Of a stretch of 64,000 nt of DNA, positions 49,417 to 61,600 are shown in pieces. Position numbers and translations under genes: made by a program. This stretch comes from Takakia lepidozioides (taxonomy: Eukaryota; Plantae; Bryophyta), in the NCBI GenBank assembly GCA_030704615.1, contig CM060733.1:16306001-16370000 (forward strand). Direction: 5' to 3'. Position 1 is the stretch's first letter. Every line of letters begins with the position of its first letter. A model generated the notes under the pieces. That model was not told the DNA's origin. It made no database searches and was given only the letters and a program-made list of their open reading frames with translations.

Positions 49417-51498
49417 AGGATCCCAGCCTCCAACAATGGACTCGTCCACCAACACCTCTCTGCCAACGGAGTCCGCCAAGGAGACGTAAAAACAGATTGA
49501 CCCTCTACGTACCCATGGCAAAAATCACGTTCCAACTTTTGAATGTCATTCATCAGAGCTGGTCGAACAAAGGGCATGGAGATCAAACGACATAGGGGTA
49601 TCATTATTTTTCCCCCAGGGACGCCCATGGCCTTGATGACTTGGGCAGAATTCACTTTGGAGAATGAAAGCAGATCTTTCGCTTTGTCTTCATATGACCT
49701 GCCATCGTCCTCCTCCTCAACAACCACCAGTTCCTGCTCAATCACTTCTTCCTCGACCTGAGTAGCACCTTTCATTTTCTTTGTCTGCACTCAAAACGAT
49801 ATATTATGAATGTAAAAGACTTGCCAGAAATTGCGTGCTTCAACGCACGCAATTTTCTACCCTCTGAAAGGTACTCATTTCTTTGCCTATTTCATACCCA
49901 ATGTCAATCTACTCTCTTGCATCAAACATTTAATCTAATCTCGCTGTAGGCTGAAAGGTGAGTGCGAGAGAACCTCCAGAAACTGCGTGCGTTGACGCAC
50001 GCAATTTCTGGGGGTTCTCTCACACTCACTTTTCTGCCTATTCATGGCTTCTGTCGCAGTTAACACAGCACAGCTGAGAGAAGGTCATAGAGAGAACATT
50101 CAGAAATTGCGTGTGTTGACGCACGCAATTTCTGGAGGTTCTCTCTATGACCTTCTCTCGGCTGTCGAACTCTAATCGAACTACTTGGGATGGTACAACC
50201 ATTGTGCAATGTGAAAGTCTCTCCTCCTATGCAGTACATGAAAAGTGAGAAGTAGGTCACACCCGGGTTTGGTTGTTATGCATTGCCTGCATCCCTGTGG
50301 TCTTACTCTAAATGATCAAGCATAAAAAAGCAGAAGAGATGGCAAGAAAAATGTGTGCGCCACCGCACGTAGTTTTCATGCCCTGGAAACTTGACAGAAA
50401 ATGGCAAGTAAGAGAATCACCTGAGGTCCTTTGGCCGACGAACTCCCAGCTGCCTTTGATGTGGCAACAACGGCGGTCGTCCTCCCAGTTTGGGCAGCCT
50501 TCTTAACCTTTGGCGTCGCCTCCTCCTCCACAATGTTCTTCCCCTTCGGCGTGGATTCCTTTGCAAGAGCGTCTGCCTCGTCTGTGTCCATAGAGTCTGT
50601 GTCGTCCTCTGACACAGTTTCGTCCGCAACTTCATCAGGAGTTGGCGGCTGGTCCTCCCCCGCCATGTGTTTGGTTTCCAGGGCTGCGCTCTCCTCTGCG
50701 ATCTCCTTCAGTGTCATGTTCAGCTTTCGGCCTTTCATTCTCTCTCTTGCCTTCTTCCTCTCTCGCGCTGAAGTAAAAAAGAATGACTGTCTTCTAGGCC
50801 TTCCACTCTCTCGCGCGGAACTCTGTCTCCTGCTACTCTCCAGCTTGAAAAACTACGATCTACTGGAATGAGAGACGTCGTGCGATGAGTAGCAGCCGGG
50901 GCATCGCTCTCGGCGGTTATACATGTATTCACTGCATACGTGTCCCCCTCCTAACGGCACACTCGTCCATTCTGCGGTGGCTGCCGTCTTTCATTATGGA
51001 GGTATGGCCATCGCATGGATTTGATTCGGATGGATGACTAATTTCAGTAGATTTTTTGGATTCTCCCAGATCAACATCTTCCATTCGTTCGACGCCGATT
51101 CGTCTTAAACCCTACACTCAATGCATTGTCGAGTTCCACGTAGCTGAACACCTTGGGGTGGCATGGGATGTTGGTCCCCGCCGTCATTTCACATGGGTCT
51201 GTAAAGGCAGATAACTGCTTAATAACTGTTTTATGAACTGTTTTGACAACTGTTTCTGAAAGGCTCTTTAACGGTATGTCAGCTTTTAAAATAGGTCTTG
51301 ACTGACCCTTCCATAACGGTTTGGGACATACATGACGAGTTGTCCTTTGCCGACCTCGTTAGTAAAGGTGACGGACTTTTAGGTTTCGGTCTGAAATGTA
51401 AAGCATGAGAAATGTAATCCCCACTATTGTTTGTAACAAGAATCCGCACAGAAGTTGTGGCTTCCGCACTTTTGCGAGGGAATTTCTTTTGCAGCAAC

Positions 51499-54400
51499 AT
51501 GGCTTCCTCCGAAGCGGAGTTTTACTCTGTGGAGAAACCGGTACCTTTCTCGAAGGAGACCGATGACAATGGTTTTGCAATTGCGGAGGAACATCTCCTA
51601 GCAATGCGTTTCGAGTTCCAGTATGGTACTGTGTGGCTGGAAAGAGAGGTTTACGGTGTCGGTGGGAAGTTGAAGAAGTATGCTTTCCAGAAACCAGATG
51701 AAAACGCACTTATGAGTCAGTGGAGAGTTCCTCCAGGAAGATACAGAGTCTTTGGAGCTCATTGCCGGCAGTCGATTGGTTCGTATGTGGCGTCGGAAAC
51801 TGCTGCTTCTATTGTTCAAGACAAGATGAATGTGGTCGTGAAGACGGAGCCCACAACTTCTAGACAAATTGTTGAGCTCTCCGATTCCTCGGAGGAGGAC
51901 GTCCCGAAAATTCCTTTTGTGGCTCCTTCTCTGGTGGTGTGGTGCCCGAATTGAAGGACCTGTGTAGTGTCATTCCTAAACTGAAGTCAATGGGAGGAAT
52001 GCCCGGTTTCAAGAGTGAATTGCGGGGGATTGACTAGGACACTGTCCCTGTTGAGCGTGTGCAGTACCTTCCAAAATCTTTTGATGGGGATGTCGTCTTC
52101 GAGCTGCCTCCACCTGGGTGGGGTGGACCCGTTTCGAGCCTCATGCACGGAATGGACAAGAGACACGATGGACACCTATGGTGCAGAACGAAGACATCCA
52201 ATATTCAACATGATGACAAGCTCGTGTTCAGGAGAGCGGTGTGCAATGGGCACCTGAGGTGCGAGAATTTGAGTTGCAGACATTTCCTGCGGTCAGAGGT
52301 TCAGAACCAGAGCGAGAGCCCGGTGAAGCACCTCCAAGCTCCAACACTTTCGTTTGCAAGTTCTGCAAACGAGCGCCTTCCTGTGTGGCAGTGTGTGGAG
52401 CAAGAATGTACTATGTGGTGCACCGTTTTCCAACCTTGACTAGAGCCGGTGTGCATTTCGGGTTCCACAACCATCCAGTGTCGAAGGGGGATTACAGGGA
52501 AAGCGTTGAAACAGTATCTAGGTTGATAAGACAAGAGTATGAGAGCAATCCAACAGCCACCACCTCCACAATTGTTCTTGGAGCAAACAAGACTTCCTGG
52601 AAACCCATATTCTTAGTGAAGGAGATTCTGTGGGCAGGAAACTCGACGGGTCAGCCTTGGACAATGTTATGGATCACTTCTCTACCTCGAGCTCGCCGAA
52701 CATTAAAACCAGGTGAATGCATTGAGGATGGGCTCTGCTAACAGAGGGTACGTTGATAACATTTTCGAGTTGAAGCGATGGAGCAGGTATGACTACATTC
52801 AAGAGAGTGTGTTCCCAGGTCAAAGGTCGAACAAAGTGTACGTTTTCAAAATGTCCACAGCCGGGGAGGGCAGCGGAGTCAGTCTTGTGAAGCGCATGCA
52901 GAAGGGTGGCGATCTTCAAAACTGTTTCCTTATGTTTGATCACGTCAAATGAGTGAAAGACTGGACTACAATGGCGTGTCATGTTTACGATCCTTTCTAC
53001 CAGCGAGTCATGACAATTGCAGTGTGTGACATGCAATCAGAGGATGTGGATTCGCAGCAGCTAATGTGGAGAAATCTCATTCGCGTTATGGACTCCCAAG
53101 GTGTCCCATGTCCAAATTTCGCCAGATTTATGGCAGATAGTGCTCAAGCGAATTTCAATGCTATTCGCATTGTGTTTGGATCAGGAGATCCAAAGGTGCC
53201 AATGCCAGGAAGAGAGCGAACATATCTTTTCCATTGGACCAGTCCCTTGAGAAACATACAAAGGCAGACATCAAACCGAAAATGCAGCCTATTCATCTTA
53301 GGCTATGCAAACAGTACAAAGATGCCAAAAGCATGGCAGAGGCGAATACATTGTTCCAGACAATTTGTGCCTAGAGGTTCTCATCTGGGTGCATCAGAAG
53401 ACAGTATGAGAGCGCTAGAAGACTGGTTGGCATTTTGGCACTTCCGGTACAGACAATGGGGAGCATGCATGACAACGGTGCGTGCATTTGAAAACTTGAA
53501 AATTTCATTGAGTTTGTATCCATTTCCAATCATGTCTGTTGTGGTGAGGTGTGCATGTCCTCTTTCTGATATATGTTTTTCCATTTTGCAGCACTTCTCA
53601 ATTGAGGAGATGGCGGACATCCCCTCTTGCAATCTGGCGGAGACGGTGCACAATGTATGGTTGCAGCAATCTGGAAAGCGGGGCTGGGATTTGTATGTGG
53701 CGACGGCAGATGATCTGATTCAAGCTCTACTGCAATAGACGAGATATCGGGAGTTCTTGCGGGGTGGCGTTGGTGGCAAGGGTCCAGACAAGTCCGAGTT
53801 GATGTTGCGAGTAGCAAGAAGATCAGGGGATCCGAACAAGAGTTCCAGGGCTGTCAGCATGTGTGCGGAAGGAACTCCTCTGGTGTCCAGAGTTCCCCAT
53901 CTGGAGGGTGAGGAGAGATTCGGGTCTTGTAAACGGAAATTGAACACCTTTCTTGGGTCGGATGCGGACTCCCACAAGCCGGACAGGGACAACTTCTCCA
54001 TGCCGCGTGTTCCATTTCATCAGAGGTTCGTTTCCGGCATATCCAGTGTGAACGATCCTTTGTCACAAAGCCAAAGGCAGCCATCTCCCACAGTGAGTGC
54101 AATGGGGCAGGAGGCGAACGTGCTCCCCCCTGTGGTGGAGTCCATGTGCCCCGACGAAGTCTGGCACATAGAACGCACCACTGCTGGGTCTCGAGTGAAG
54201 TGCACGGCAATCAGAGCAACCAATCGTGAGAAATGCAAGTCCTCCATATCCAGAGGCAAGGTCCGAACTCCGGCTCCGACCTTCACTGGTTTGTTCACGC
54301 CTTATGGGCAAGCCGAGGCGAAGAACCACAAATTCTGGTTCTGCCCTGACGACTGTGGTAGGTGCGTGCGTGGGACTGTGCGACCATCGGTTATCATGAA

Positions 54401-54975
54401 GCCTCCTCCACCAAGCGTTTGGCCTGTGAAGGTGGGGACACATCTCACAACTCACGAGATTGCCATGCTGGGAGGAGGCAGGCTTCTCCCTTTAGCGAGC
54501 CCCCTCTGTACATGCAGGTGCTTCTACTTCAGCAAGTTCTGGAGTGCCACCACCGAATGCTGATGCATGGCCAACAAAACGAAATGGGAAGCTGGTTCGT
54601 CGTTTCCCTCCGACTGCCGAGCATTTCGGCAAGGTGGAATCCGCTTGAATGCTTCAAGGTCGTGTTACAGGCACTACGGAAGTTCCACATCCCAGGTATG
54701 GACGAATCTACACTATGATGACCTCCACATCCGCTATGCACGACCGGTTGTACGACATCACCGTTTCAAATTTCCCCAACTGCACCTGTCCTGATTTTGT
54801 TGGCATGCTTACAACAAGTTTGGGAAAGACAGACAAATTTATACCCTGCAAGCATCTGTATTTTATCTTCTTGAACAGAATGGTTTGTGATCCCAGACAC
54901 GACATCTTCATTCACCAGGCCACCATGAGTTTCAACGAGGTGAATACACTTATGCAGCGGGATAGGAGCACATAG
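51499..54975 (+). pseudogene. MULE-type transposase, copy B (more disrupted than copy A)
   Basis: Collinear with 4402-7905, with additional stops, frameshifts and a small deletion near 52316. Confidence 0.75.
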
Positions 54976-56276
54976 CATCCTCTTCACTTTGGTCATCTAC
55001 AAATTCCATTACTGGATTTTACAAGAGTTGAAACTTGAACTTGATGTCCCTTCATATATTTGATGCCAATGCAGCCTCCAATTATGTTGTGCAATGTGTG
55101 CCATTTCTTTCTTGTGTGTAGTCGTTCGAATAAAAATGGAATGGATGCAAATGCTTTCACAAGTCGTTCCTGTATTTTAATTTCTGGTGTTTTGCATGAA
55201 TGAATGTCACGGCTATAGGCCCCTCGGCTATAGGTGCTACATGTTTCTGATGATATGGCATCTGCCAAGTTGTCCAGATGCCACGTCAGTCGGATATTGA
55301 CATGTCAGCAGACCCACGCCACGTCAGCCTCACGCTCACGCCACGTCAGCGCGACCCCACGCTCACGTCACATCAGCTGGTGTGAGCCTGCGCTCACGCC
55401 ACATCACCTCCGCGTGAGCGTACGCTCTCACGCTCACGCGGAAGTCACGTCCCTTTCGGGGGTGGGCTCTATGTGGCTACAGTTCTATTGTGTTCTATTG
55501 TAGCACAAGCTATTATAGATTGTAATAAGAAGTTCTTCAATGTCATAGGGCCCACCCCCGAAAAGAGGGCAATAGCGGCGAGGCAAAGTGACTTTTAGTT
55601 ACGCCGGCTTTGATCAGAGTCTTTTCTCTCTCTATTTCATTGATATCTTTATGGGTTTACCTGGGTTTGTCAATGATTGTCGGGTGTGGGAACAGTGCAT
55701 CTCTATTGAAGTTTGAAGATAGATTCCAGATTTTCGTGGAATGACATCTTATGGTCGAAGAACGGATTAGAGTCAAACACAAGGTATGGTGGACTGTGAG
55801 TATGCTAGCTGGTCTGGCTTTAAGGCGGGCCTTGTACATGGCGTCGGCCTAATAATATTGCAAAGCATGATTTTCTTAACTCAATATTAATCACTTTGCA
55901 ATAGAAAAGGTATTGGCTGGCCTTGTACATGGCGCCGGCCTAATAATGTTGCAAACCATGGTCCTTTTAACTTGAGTATATTATTCACTTTGCAATAGAA
56001 AATGAATCAACATTAGCTGGGCCAATCAATGCACATATTTATGAAGTTTAAGGGACAGTCAATGTCAAATTTCCCTTCAGTCACAAACTGGTTCATAAAA
56101 GCCAAACCATCATATGTAAACAAGGAAGCTCAATTGTCTTTCCATCTCCAAGAATTTACTAGGCCATCATGGGATGTCTTCATTTTGAAAACAACAGGCT
56201 AAAACCAGCAATCACAAGTAGACAAGTTGTGGTACACTTTTAACAGTAACCAGATGTTTAATAGAATACAACGCTG

Positions 56277-58160
56277 ACAATTGGCAAGAACATAGGCCCA
56301 TTTGAGTACCTGAACGTCCGGAAACTTGAACAACAAGTGCAGATCTGTTGGGGGCAAGACCACAACCCCTTAAGAACATTCAGAGCTCAAGAGGCCACCA
56401 TAACTTGATCACACTAGTTTTTAGGAATGTTTCAAGCCATAGCACACCACAACTAGAGCAATTGGCAAGGAGATAGGCCCATCTAAGTACGTGAACGTCC
56501 GGATACTTCAACAACAAGTGCAGATCTGTTGGGGGCCAGACCACAACCCCTTAAGAAAATTCAGAGCTCAAGAAGCCACCATACCTTGATCACACTAGTT
56601 GTTAGAAATGTTTCAAGCCATAGCACATCACAACTGGAGAAATTGCCAAGGAGATAGGCCCATCTGAGTACCCGAATGTCCGGAAACTTGAACAACAAGT
56701 GCAGATTTGTTGGCGGCCAGACCACAACCCCTTAATGAGATTCAGAGCTCAAGAGGCCACCATACCTTGATCACACTAGTTGTTAGAAATGTTTCAAGCC
56801 ATAGCCCACCACAATTGGAGCAATTGGCAAGAAGAGAGGCCCATCTGAGTACCTGAACGTCCGGATACTTGAATAACAAGTGCAGATCTGCTGGGGGCCA
56901 GACCACAACCCCTTAAGAAAATTCAGAGCTCAAGAAGCCACCATACCTTGATCACACTATGTTTCAAGCCATAGCACATCACAACTGGAAAAATTGCCAA
57001 GGAGATAGGCCCATCTGAGTACCCGAACGTCCGGAAACTTGAACAACAAGTGCAGATCTGTTGGGGGCAAGACCACAACCCCTTAAGAACATTCAGAGCT
57101 CAAGAGGCCACCATAACTTGATCACACTAGTTTTTATGAATGTTTCAAGCCATAGCACACCACAGCTAGAGCAATTGGCAAGGAGATAGGCCCATCTAAG
57201 TACGTGAACGTCCGGATACTTCAACAACAAGTGCAGATCTGTTGGGGGCCAGACCACAACCCCTTAAGAAAATTCAGAGCTCAAGAAGCCACCATACCTT
57301 GATCACACTAGTTGTTAGAAATGTTTCAAGCCATAGCACACCACAACTGGAGAAATTGCCAAGGAGATAGGCCCATCTGAGTACCCGAATGTCCGGAAAC
57401 TTGAACAACAAGTGCAAATTTGTTGGCGGCCAGACCACAACCCCTTAATGAGATTCAGAGCTCAAGAGGCCACCATACCTTGATCACACTAGTTGTTAGA
57501 AATGTTTCAAGCCATAGCCCACCACAATTGGAGCAATTGGCAAGAAGAGAGGCCCATCTGAGTACCTGAACGTCCGGATACTTGAATAACAAGTGCAGAT
57601 CTGCTGGGGGCCAGACCACAACCCCTTAAGAAAATTCAGAGCTCAAGAAGCCACCATACCTTGATCACACTATGTTTCAAGCCATAGCACATCACAACTG
57701 GAAAAATTGCCAAGGAGATAGGCCCATCTGAGTACCCGAACGTCCGGAAACTTGAACAACAAGTGCAGATCTGTTGGGGGCAAGACCACAACCCCTTAAG
57801 AACATTCAGAGCTCAAGAGGCCACAATAACTTGATCACACTAGTTTTTATGAATGTTTCAAGCCATAGCACACCACAACTAGAGCAATTGGCAAGGAGAT
57901 AGGCCCATCTAAGTACGTGAACGTCCGGATATTTCAACAACAAGTGCAGATCTGTTGGGGGCCAGACCACAACCCCTTAAGAAAATTCAGAGCTCAAGAA
58001 GCCACCATACCTTGATCACACTAGTTGTTAGAAATGTTTCAAGCCATAGCACACCACAACTGGAGCAATTGCCAAGGAGATAGGCCTATCTGAGTACCTG
58101 AACGTCCGGAAACTTGAACAACAAGTGCAGATTTGTTGGGGGCCAGACCACAACCCCTTG
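56277..58160. repeat. ~181-bp satellite, ~10.5 copies with a 4-unit higher-order repeat
   Basis: Same unit as 9200-10375; the same ~11-bp deletion (atcacactatgtttc) recurs at 56951 and 57664. Confidence 0.95.
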
Positions 58161-58201
58161 AAAATCCTTATGGCTCTAAAGGCTAGCATATCTTCATCAC
58201 C

Positions 58202-58541
58202 CTACTTGCTACAAATCCACCAAGCCATAGCACACCCAAATTGGAAAAATTGGCATGCAGATAGGGCACAACATAAATGAATGGGACTCGGTCTGGCTTC
58301 ACCCCCTGCTGATGTGCATTTGCTCACAGGTCTCCAAAGCCTCCATCCCCCATATCCATGATGTGCATGTCCTGCAATCATAGCACTCCAGAACACCACA
58401 TCTCGTTTGCCCATTAAACACTTCATTTGCATCCATAGCGCTCCCACATTTGGCATACATATCAACAAGGGTATTGTTCAGAATGACATCTGGTACTATT
58501 CCAGCCTTGACGATGTCACCATGGACCTCTTTTTCCTTCAT
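58202..58541 (-). pseudogene. PPR gene fragment, copy B
   Basis: NNTLVDMYAKCGSAMDANEVF; RDVVFWSAMIAGHAHHGYG. Confidence 0.85.
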
Positions 58542-59889
58542 GAATATATAAATGGTTGAGCCCTAGAATACAACTTCCTGGCAATGGTGCAAAGAATCGG
58601 CAACAGAAGACCCAAGCCTGGAGCGACCTACTGCAACAAAAGCATGAGAAATGAAGAGGGTGGGAGCGAGATTGATGGAGAGTTGGAGAGCGCTTGGGTG
58701 TGGACTAAGGAGAAGCAGACAATGTGAAAGAAAGATGGGGTAGAGAGGCGGGTGGAGAGGACAATATTATGAAAAAGCTAGGAAGCTGTCGGGCTTCAAC
58801 CCTCCCCGCATCAATTGCGCGCATGTCTCCAAAGCTGTTGAGCTCAACCCTCCCCGCATCGCTTGAGCGCAGGTGGTCTCCAAAGCTTCCATCTCGGACC
58901 CTAGCTATGCACGTGCAAATCATCCCACGACACAAACAAAGAAAACGACCAAGTCCAAGACTCATCGTTCAACACACAACCCCGCAACCCTAAATCCATT
59001 TTGAATGATTTTGAACTTTTATTGGATAGTACACTTTTTGTTACCCCAGTGGTTTGGTGCTCAAATCCTGCTACGTCATTTTTATATGTGGTACGGTATG
59101 TGAATTTCACTTTATTGTAATAGTACAATGTTAACTTTTATATGAAGTGATAGTAGAAATCGATAAAGGCAGGCCAAAATGAACTAATTAATATGACCAA
59201 ATTTAAATTATGTAATGTATGTTTGGCCATATCCGGGTCATATGAAACCTGTTTGACATAGTTTTTAGGGGGATAGCTTCAGGGCTTACAATGCTACCCA
59301 CCTACACCTCATTTTTGGGCTCTTACAAAAAAGTCTATAGATTTTTCCAAAGTATATTAGATTATCTATTTTTTTAAATAAAAAAATAAAATAAAACACC
59401 TATGAGCTACAGCTCACAAATCAGGCTTATCTACGAGATGTGACATATAAAAAATTGAATGAAGTATAAACAAATGTTGTCAAGCCTTGTAGTGAGTTCA
59501 ATTATTTGGAAATTTTATATTTTTGGAACTGGCTTAACTTATTTTCATTCTAAAATTCATCGTTGAAGTTTGGACATTGGAGAAAATAAATTTTTTGATG
59601 GTCTACGGGCACCCTCTACCTTATCAGATCAGCCCATACCTAGGTCATTAGATGGTGCCACGGCTCTAAGTGGAGAAGAGCTGGCTATGTTGGATACCAT
59701 ATTTCAAGCTAGTTTCGTATGACCAAACATTGTTCCAGTTGAGGAAAGTGCTTCAGAGAATGGATACTGTGATTCAGATTCAGAATAAAGTTGATTGTTT
59801 GGAACCATTTGTTCAATAGCATCATCCTACAATGATTTGGACACTTGTATATTTTTTAAAGTCTGCCACAAGTGCACAAACCACTTAGG

Positions 59890-61600
59890 GTATGGGTCAA
59901 CATTGGTTGACTGCCATATAAGCTCGAGGCTGAGGCAGTTGGGCATCTCCTATGGTGGGGTTCGGGAGCAAGCCACCAGCGTCATCACCCTCCGGACATT
60001 CACGGGACCGTTACCCAGCTTCTTACACTTCTAGCAGGGTGTAACCTTCTTCTGCTCAGCAATAAGCCGGCGCCGCTCTTGGCGTTGCTCGTACGTCAAC
60101 TGTGGCTGGTTGCCATTACTAGCGGTTGTGTTATTGGTGGATCCCTTGCTAAACGAAGCGACATAGGCAGAGGAGACCTTAGACTCTAACTGTGCGGATT
60201 CTTGCTCTTCGGCACTGAGCAGTCTGGACTCTTGACGAATGAGACGAATGGTGAGATTACTGAGGGTGGCGTCATCAACGTTGTCCCATGAAGAAAGAAA
60301 ATTGACATACTTGGGAGGAAGGTTAGCAATAATCTTGGCGATTGTTAGTGACGGTACTGTCGCCCATGTTGACAAGCTGAGACTTAATGATTTTGAGTTT
60401 GCCAAGAAAAGATGTTATAGTGTCGTCGCTATCCATCTTACACTTGTAGAAACGTTGCTGTACATGGTGCACAGACTCATGGGCTTGCTGATCATGGAGC
60501 AGTTTTAGCTCATCCCAAATAGCCTTTGAGGTGGTGCAGTCCATGAGGACTTCGAGAATACTCTCATCGACTGCTTTACAGAGCAGGGAGGTACATTGAT
60601 TGTCCTTCTGGATCCAATCGCGCTGGGCTTCGCCAGCATCAGGTTTAGGGACGGTGCCATCAACAATGCCCATCAGATCCTGGCCAAGGAGTATGGCACG
60701 GATCTGAAACTTCCACAGATGGAAGTTCATTCCATTATAGAGCTTGACGTTCCGCAACTCGGCGGTGGTATCCATGGTGCACTATGACGTATTGGACTAT
60801 TACTTTGGTAAACGTGCTGTAGACACAGCAAAAAATAGGACACGTACTGTGAACACAGTACTTCACGCGTGGGGTATACTGGAAGGAATAAAAGGCCATT
60901 TTCCTGAGCTACTGCGCTACAGGATGCGTGTCTGTGGGCCCATAACCTATTGTAGTCTCAAGAAAAGATCAACATACAAAGTGAAAAAAGGCACAAGCAG
61001 GGATTGACACAGGCAAGCGCTTACGAGACAAGAGTAAAGATAAGGCCCTGATTCTCTTGATTAAAGTACACGAGCAGTACAGAAAAGCTCAAGCTGACAT
61101 TGACACAGCTCACACGCTTGATACTACGGTTCTTGGAGCAAAGCAAACAGCACACACGCCAAGCTAGAGAGAGAGAGAGTTAAAAGGGGGAAAAACGGGG
61201 AATATACACCCAGACGGCCAGGGAGGGAAAAGCCAGATCATGATGGTTGGCACAGGGGTTTAAAAGGGGCCTACGTGGTGATGTACAAAGGTTTGCATTC
61301 TACATAGCCGAGCTGGACATTCCAGCTGTACAGTTACCTCTCACGTAATGATTACAACACAATGTACTCAGATTTGGTTGTGCTTCCCGACGTACAAGGT
61401 GCTTCTGGCTGAGCCATGTTACATGGCCGTTGTTGAGGAACAAGAACGAATTTCGATTGATCTCATATTACTCTGGGGCCTCTTACATGGCACATTGAAC
61501 ATAGTGGCCAAGTCTCAAAGCGAACCAAACAACTCCACTGTATGACTTCCGATCATCAATATCAGCCGCATAGTCAGAGTCACAGTACGCAGTCAAGACA
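59890..61600 (-). mobile_element. Copia remnants, copy B (gag/knuckle, PBS 60936-60947, LTR region, RNase H fragment)
   Basis: Collinear with 13225-14860; ~1.1 kb (12107-13224) missing at 59888. Confidence 0.85.

Larger units (their letters stand above)
36396..50830 (-). pseudogene. ParB-like + beta-class amino-methyltransferase gene, copy B (full extent; interrupted by gypsy insertion)
   Basis: IPLCRLISMPFVRPALMNDIQKLERDFCHGY (49395-49790); ParB DGNHR segment at ~39780-39800; ADMVIVDIPD; KEKSPAFIQTIVETCSHPGARIVDLTLGTG; last exon ASYHACKAAGRHLFGME..FACE* ending 36396. Confidence 0.78.
34351..55636. mobile_element. MULE-like transposon copy B, both ends present (~11.8 kb without the nested gypsy)
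   Basis: Left end aatagagagaagactccggccaaagccgacttaactaagag is inverted relative to right end ttagttacgccggctttgatcagagtcttttctctctctatt; no 9-bp TSD visible. Confidence 0.8.
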
